Below, one piece after another: positions 59,820 through 64,000 of a stretch of DNA of 64,000 nucleotides. The notes beneath the pieces are model-generated. The model did not search any database. It saw nothing but the letters and a program-made list of their open reading frames with translations, and had not been told where the DNA came from. The position numbers and the translations under genes are program-made. How positions within the stretch are numbered: position 1 is the first letter of the stretch; the number at the start of each line of letters is the position of its first letter. The DNA is from Somniosus microcephalus (taxonomy: Eukaryota), in NCBI GenBank assembly GCA_052327205.1, contig CM126217.1, positions 39,742,001 through 39,806,000 of the forward strand. The letters run 5' to 3'.

Positions 59820-60615
59820 ATTATCAGTAGAGATAATTACACAGGGTCCTGTTGAGAGGAACGACAGTCGACAATATGAGGGAGTTGGATTATCAGTAGA
59901 GATTCAGGCAATAACACAGGGTGCTGGGGGGGAGGGGTTAGTAAGTGACAGTGCGAGGGAGCTGGATTATCAGTAGAGATTCAGGCAATAATACAGGGTG
60001 CTGGGGGGGGAGGGGTTACTGAGTGACAGTGCGAGGGAGCTGGATTATCAGTAGAGATTCAGGCAATAATACAGGGTGCTGGGGGGGGAGGGGTTACTAA
60101 GTGACAGTGCGAGGGAGCTGGATTATCAGTAGAGATTCAGGCAATAATACAGGGTGCTGGGGGGGAGGGGTTACTGAGTGACAGTGCGAGGGAGCTGGAT
60201 TATCAGTAGAGATTCAGGCAATAACACAGGGTGCTGGGGGAGGGGTTACTGAGTGACAATCCAGCTCCCTCGCACTATCAGTAAAGACAGAGGGGCAACA
60301 TGAGGGGAAAACATTTTTACGTAGGGAATTGTCATGATCTGGAATGCACTGCCTGAAAGGGTGGTGGAAGCAAATTCAAAAGTAACTTTCAAAAGGGAAT
60401 TGGATAAATACTGCTGGGGAAAAATTTGTATGGCTATGGGGAAAGAGCAGGGGAGTGGAACTAATTGGACAGCTCTTTCAAAGAGCCGGCACAGGTATGA
60501 TGGGCCGAATGGCCTCCTTCTGTGCTGTATCATTCTATGATTCTATGTAACATGGCGCTGGCTGGGAGAGGTTACTGAGCGATAGTGTGGGGAGCTGGAT
60601 TAACATCAGTAGAGA
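59820..60615. repeat. ~77-bp G-rich minisatellite in an IP6K1 intron (about 5 good units plus degenerate ends), interrupted by a CR1 tail (60287-60548, +)
   Basis: Unit GGATTATCAGTAGAGATTCAGGCAATAATACAGGGTGCTGGGGGGGAGGGGTTACTGAGTGACAGTGCGAGGGAGCT. Confidence 0.9.
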
Positions 60616-61574
60616 GAGTACTCTCCTTTGGCTGTGTCATTCCAGCATTCATTACAGAATTGGATGTGAAGAACTGCAATGTGAAAATTAAGATAGAACA
60701 GCAAAATGATTTTGCGAACTCCCCCCCCCCCACTTCCCCTGAACGGCAGCTGTGTGATCTTAAATGTTGGTAGGCTAAATTGACCATAGTTGGTAATATA
60801 ACTGAACCCAATCTTGCCCTCACTCAGTATCCGTTTTCCAGCAGAGGTGAATACATGACGAATAGGAGTGGGATCTCTGCTCATGCTTTCTCTCAGAAGA
60901 TACCAGGCATCCCAGTAGCAGTACCTCCAGTGAATGTGTCAAAAGAACTTCCTGATGTCAGTCCGAAACTTGTCTTTTACTGTGAGCCTCTTCCTACTGT
61001 CATGGTTCAGTTCCAGTTCCTATGCTGGATTTAACATTTCCTTTACTATCTGGTGTACCTCTATAAGATCACCTCTCAGTCACCTTCTTTCCTGGGTGAA
61101 AAGCCCATGTTTCTCTCATGTTTCCTCATATCTTAGACTCTGACTCTAGGGGTCAAGCTCATGGCCCTGCTCTGATCTGACTCCAGCACTCGAATGACTC
61201 GGTGACAAGAGCTGGACAGAGTGGGCAAGCTGTGGTCTAACCAGAACGTTGTACAGTTTGAACATGACTTCCTCTGACATCCGTTCTATTGTTTTGGTTA
61301 CATAGTTCTATGTTCTATTTCCTTTGTTGATTGCAGTTCTGCAGGGATTAGACATGTTGAGCATCAAGTCTAAAACTGCTAAACCTCTTTCACTTCTTAC
61401 CCATCTGACCATACAACATCCCCTGTGCAGTACTTTATACTTATAATGAATTTCATCAAAGAGCTTGCATTTATATAGCATCTTCTATATCCTCAGGATG
61501 AAAGACTATTCCACTGCATGCTAAATTTGTATTGGATATGTATTTTGTGAAGTCACCTTTGTGTTAACCAATTA

Positions 61575-61887
61575 CAGGAAACTTTGTGCTTTCCGGCACC
61601 GACGGGACCGAGCTGTTGCCGTTCCCTCAAAACTGCTGGACACACCAGCTCTAATGTTGAAAAATACGGAAGCTTTTGAGCTCCGTATCTGTCAACAAAC
61701 CCTGTTAGCAACAGCTTCTAAACAGTCCAAGCGTCTCTGTAGCTTAGCAACAGCAGACCTTGCAGAGCTTGACTGTTGAGGAAAAAAGCAACGAGAAGAA
61801 AAAAAACCTAATGAAAACGGCTCCTGATTTTTGCCAGTGGCTCGAGCATTCCGGACAGTTAGCCTCCGGATAACACAAAGTTTCCTG
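61575..61887. mobile_element. MITE copy 3
   Basis: TA|CAGGAAACTTTGTG...CACAAAGTTTCCTG|TA. Confidence 0.9.
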
Positions 61888-62109
61888 TACTCACAGATTG
61901 TAAGCACTTGTTATAACCTCACATGCGCACCTTGATTCATTGTACCACATGTATTTTTGATAAGTAACTTTTACAGCTCTTTATATAATCACTTTTTTCA
62001 TATTAATCAAAGTATACAATAGTCATTAAAACCTAGAATTTGTCAAGCTTTGCAAAACTGTGAGAAGCAGCAGCATTTTGCCTTTAAGCAACTGGTCTTG
62101 GGACTTATC

Positions 62110-62846
62110 TGTAAAACAGGAGATAACAGGTCCTGAAGTTGCTGGCTAAGACCTTGAGAAAAAGCAAGAGCCAGATAAGATGGGGGAACAGCCCTCTTCC
62201 TCTGGTGTAGGCCAATGATTGGTCAGCCAAGGTATGACATCTTGAGGACTAGTCAAGCAGCCCTTGTCCATCAAAGGTAGGGATGGGGAGTGGGCTGACT
62301 CTTTCCTTTGTCTGCCCTATTGGCCACCCCACCCTTTGGAAAGACCCCGATAGGGTAGATACCTGGGTCAGTATTGACCCTTGTAACCGCCCTCAAAAAT
62401 GGCATAAAAGAGGGATCACTTACGAGAGTTAGGCTGTAGAGCACCAGGAGCAAGGGCTGACCCTGGAGAAGAACCAGGCAGCAGTGGCCCACGAGGAGGA
62501 GGAGGATCCGGATTCGAACAGAGGTTACCCCAGCCGGGGTGAGAACAAGACAAGGGCCAACAGAGGATACCCCAGGCAGGGCGAGGCCAAGCCAAGGGCC
62601 AATGAACAGAGGATACCCCAGGCGGGGTGAGGTGGAAGAGACCCCAGATGGGGTGGAAGCTTCCTTCAAGACGTCTATCAAGAGGGCACCAACTCTACAG
62701 CACAGGTGATATAATTCTCATTCTGCACTGTAAACTATTGTTAAGGCACATACAAGTGTTGACCTTTCTGTAATACCTAATAAAATACCATTGTACCCTA
62801 TGGGAGTCACGTCGAACAATTGGGAAAAGGTGCAAAAACCCTGACA
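62110..62846 (+). mobile_element. Probable solo LTR (left edge uncertain)
   Basis: TGT...ACA ends, CCAAT boxes (~62213, 62319), TATA-like CATAAAA (62403), three ~45-bp internal repeats (62518-62632), AATAAA (62779). Confidence 0.55.
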
Positions 62847-63030
62847 TCAGGATGTCCCAAAGCACTTCACAGCCAATTATGTACTTTTGAAGTGTTGTTA
62901 CATAGGTAAACCGAGCAGCAAATTTGCAATGAAATAAATGACCAGGGAATTGTGTTTTTTTTTAATGGTATTGGTTGATGGATAAACATTGGCCAAGACA
63001 CCAGATGAACTCTCCTTATCTTCGAATAGT
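62847..63030 (-). mobile_element. SINE/L2-type tail fragment whose terminal piece appears to lie at 61463-61500
   Basis: CTTGCATTTATATAGC...TCAGGATG (61464-61500) continues as TCAGGATGTCCCAAAGCACTTCACAGCCAAT (from 62847). Confidence 0.5.
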
Positions 63031-63293
63031 GTAATCAAAAAGATTAATGGAATTTTAGCCTTCATAACTACAGGGCTAGAATATAAAAGGGGAAGAAGTT
63101 TTGCTACAGCTATACAAAGCCCTGGTTAGACCACATCTGGAGCACAGTATATAGTTCTGGGCACTGCACCTTAGAAAGAATACATTGGCCTTGGAAGGAG
63201 TGCGCGTGCGCGGGAGGAGTGCGTGCGCGGGAGTGTGTGTCTGTGTGAGTGGATAGAGTTAAGATAAACACCAGCCATGATCTCGTTAAATGA

Positions 63294-64000
63294 TAAGAAC
63301 ATAAGAACGTAAGAAATAGGAGCAGGAGTAGGCCAATCGGCCCCTCGAGCCTGCTCCGCCATTCAATATCATGGCTGATCTGATCCTAACCACCAATCTA
63401 CTATCACAGAACCATCTCCTGAATCTAACAGAATTAGACACACGAAATAGGAGCAGGATCAGGCTACACGGCCCCTGGGCCATGACCGATCCGAACCTAG
63501 ACTCATGTCCAAATTCCTGCCTGCTCCCCGTAACCCTTAATTCCCTTTACTTCTAGGAAACTGTCTATTTCTGTTTTAAATTTATGTAATGATGTAGCTT
63601 CTACAGCTTTTTGGGGCAGCATATTCCATGGACCTACCACCCTCTGAGTGAAGTAGTTCCTCCTCATCTCAGTTTTGAAAGAGCAGCCCCTTATTCTAAG
63701 ACTATGCCCCCTAGTTCTAGTTTCACCCATCATCGGGAACATCCTCCCCGCATCCACCCGATCCAACCCCTTCACAATCTTATATGTTTCAATAAGATCA
63801 CCTCTCATTCTTCTGAACTCCAATGAGTAGAGTCCCAGTCTACTCAACCTCTCCTCATATGTCCACCCCCTCATCCCCGGGATTAACCGAGTGAACCTTC
63901 TTTGTACTGACTCGAGAGCAAGTATGTCTTTTCTTAAGTACGGACACCAAAACTGTATGCAGTATTCCAGGTGCGGTCTCACCAATACCTTGTACAACTG
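63294..64000 (-). mobile_element. Young CR1 3' part, same family as 15312-16683, truncated by the window end
   Basis: Open frame YKVLVRPHLEYCIQFWCPYLRKD...GIWT*, near-identical to the 15.8-16.2 kb protein. Confidence 0.92.

Overview
Vertebrate genomic DNA, very probably from a cartilaginous fish (inferred from the repeat families; not verified). Two host genes converge tail-to-tail: the last two coding exons of a DNM1L/Drp1-like gene (+, 929-1088 and 1917-1973) and the last coding exon of IP6K1 (-, 58981-59487). The ~57 kb between them is mostly nested transposable elements. (1) A 3.2-kb CR1-group LINE (4229-7455, -) has a tRNA-derived SINE head with A/B boxes in place of a 5'UTR and ORF1, and no T4 run on its sense strand. 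It is a candidate RNA polymerase III-transcribed protein-coding retroelement and the most interesting object here. (2) Penelope-type repeats carry hammerhead cores. (3) Non-autonomous Helitrons carry CpG-rich captured-looking DNA and long GA tracts. (4) A near full-length RTE-group (RTEX-like) LINE sits in the GA satellite, with a dead esterase ORF1, an intact 1159-aa ORF2, a nested antisense relative and two further 3' copies. (5) A Ty3/Gypsy element has no tRNA PBS but a 13-nt self-complementary PBS-like site. There are also many CR1 fragments, SINEs, MITEs, solo-LTR-like pieces and minisatellites. The 14.8-33.3 kb region has many N runs, so its structure is uncertain. All calls are by eye; no searches were run.
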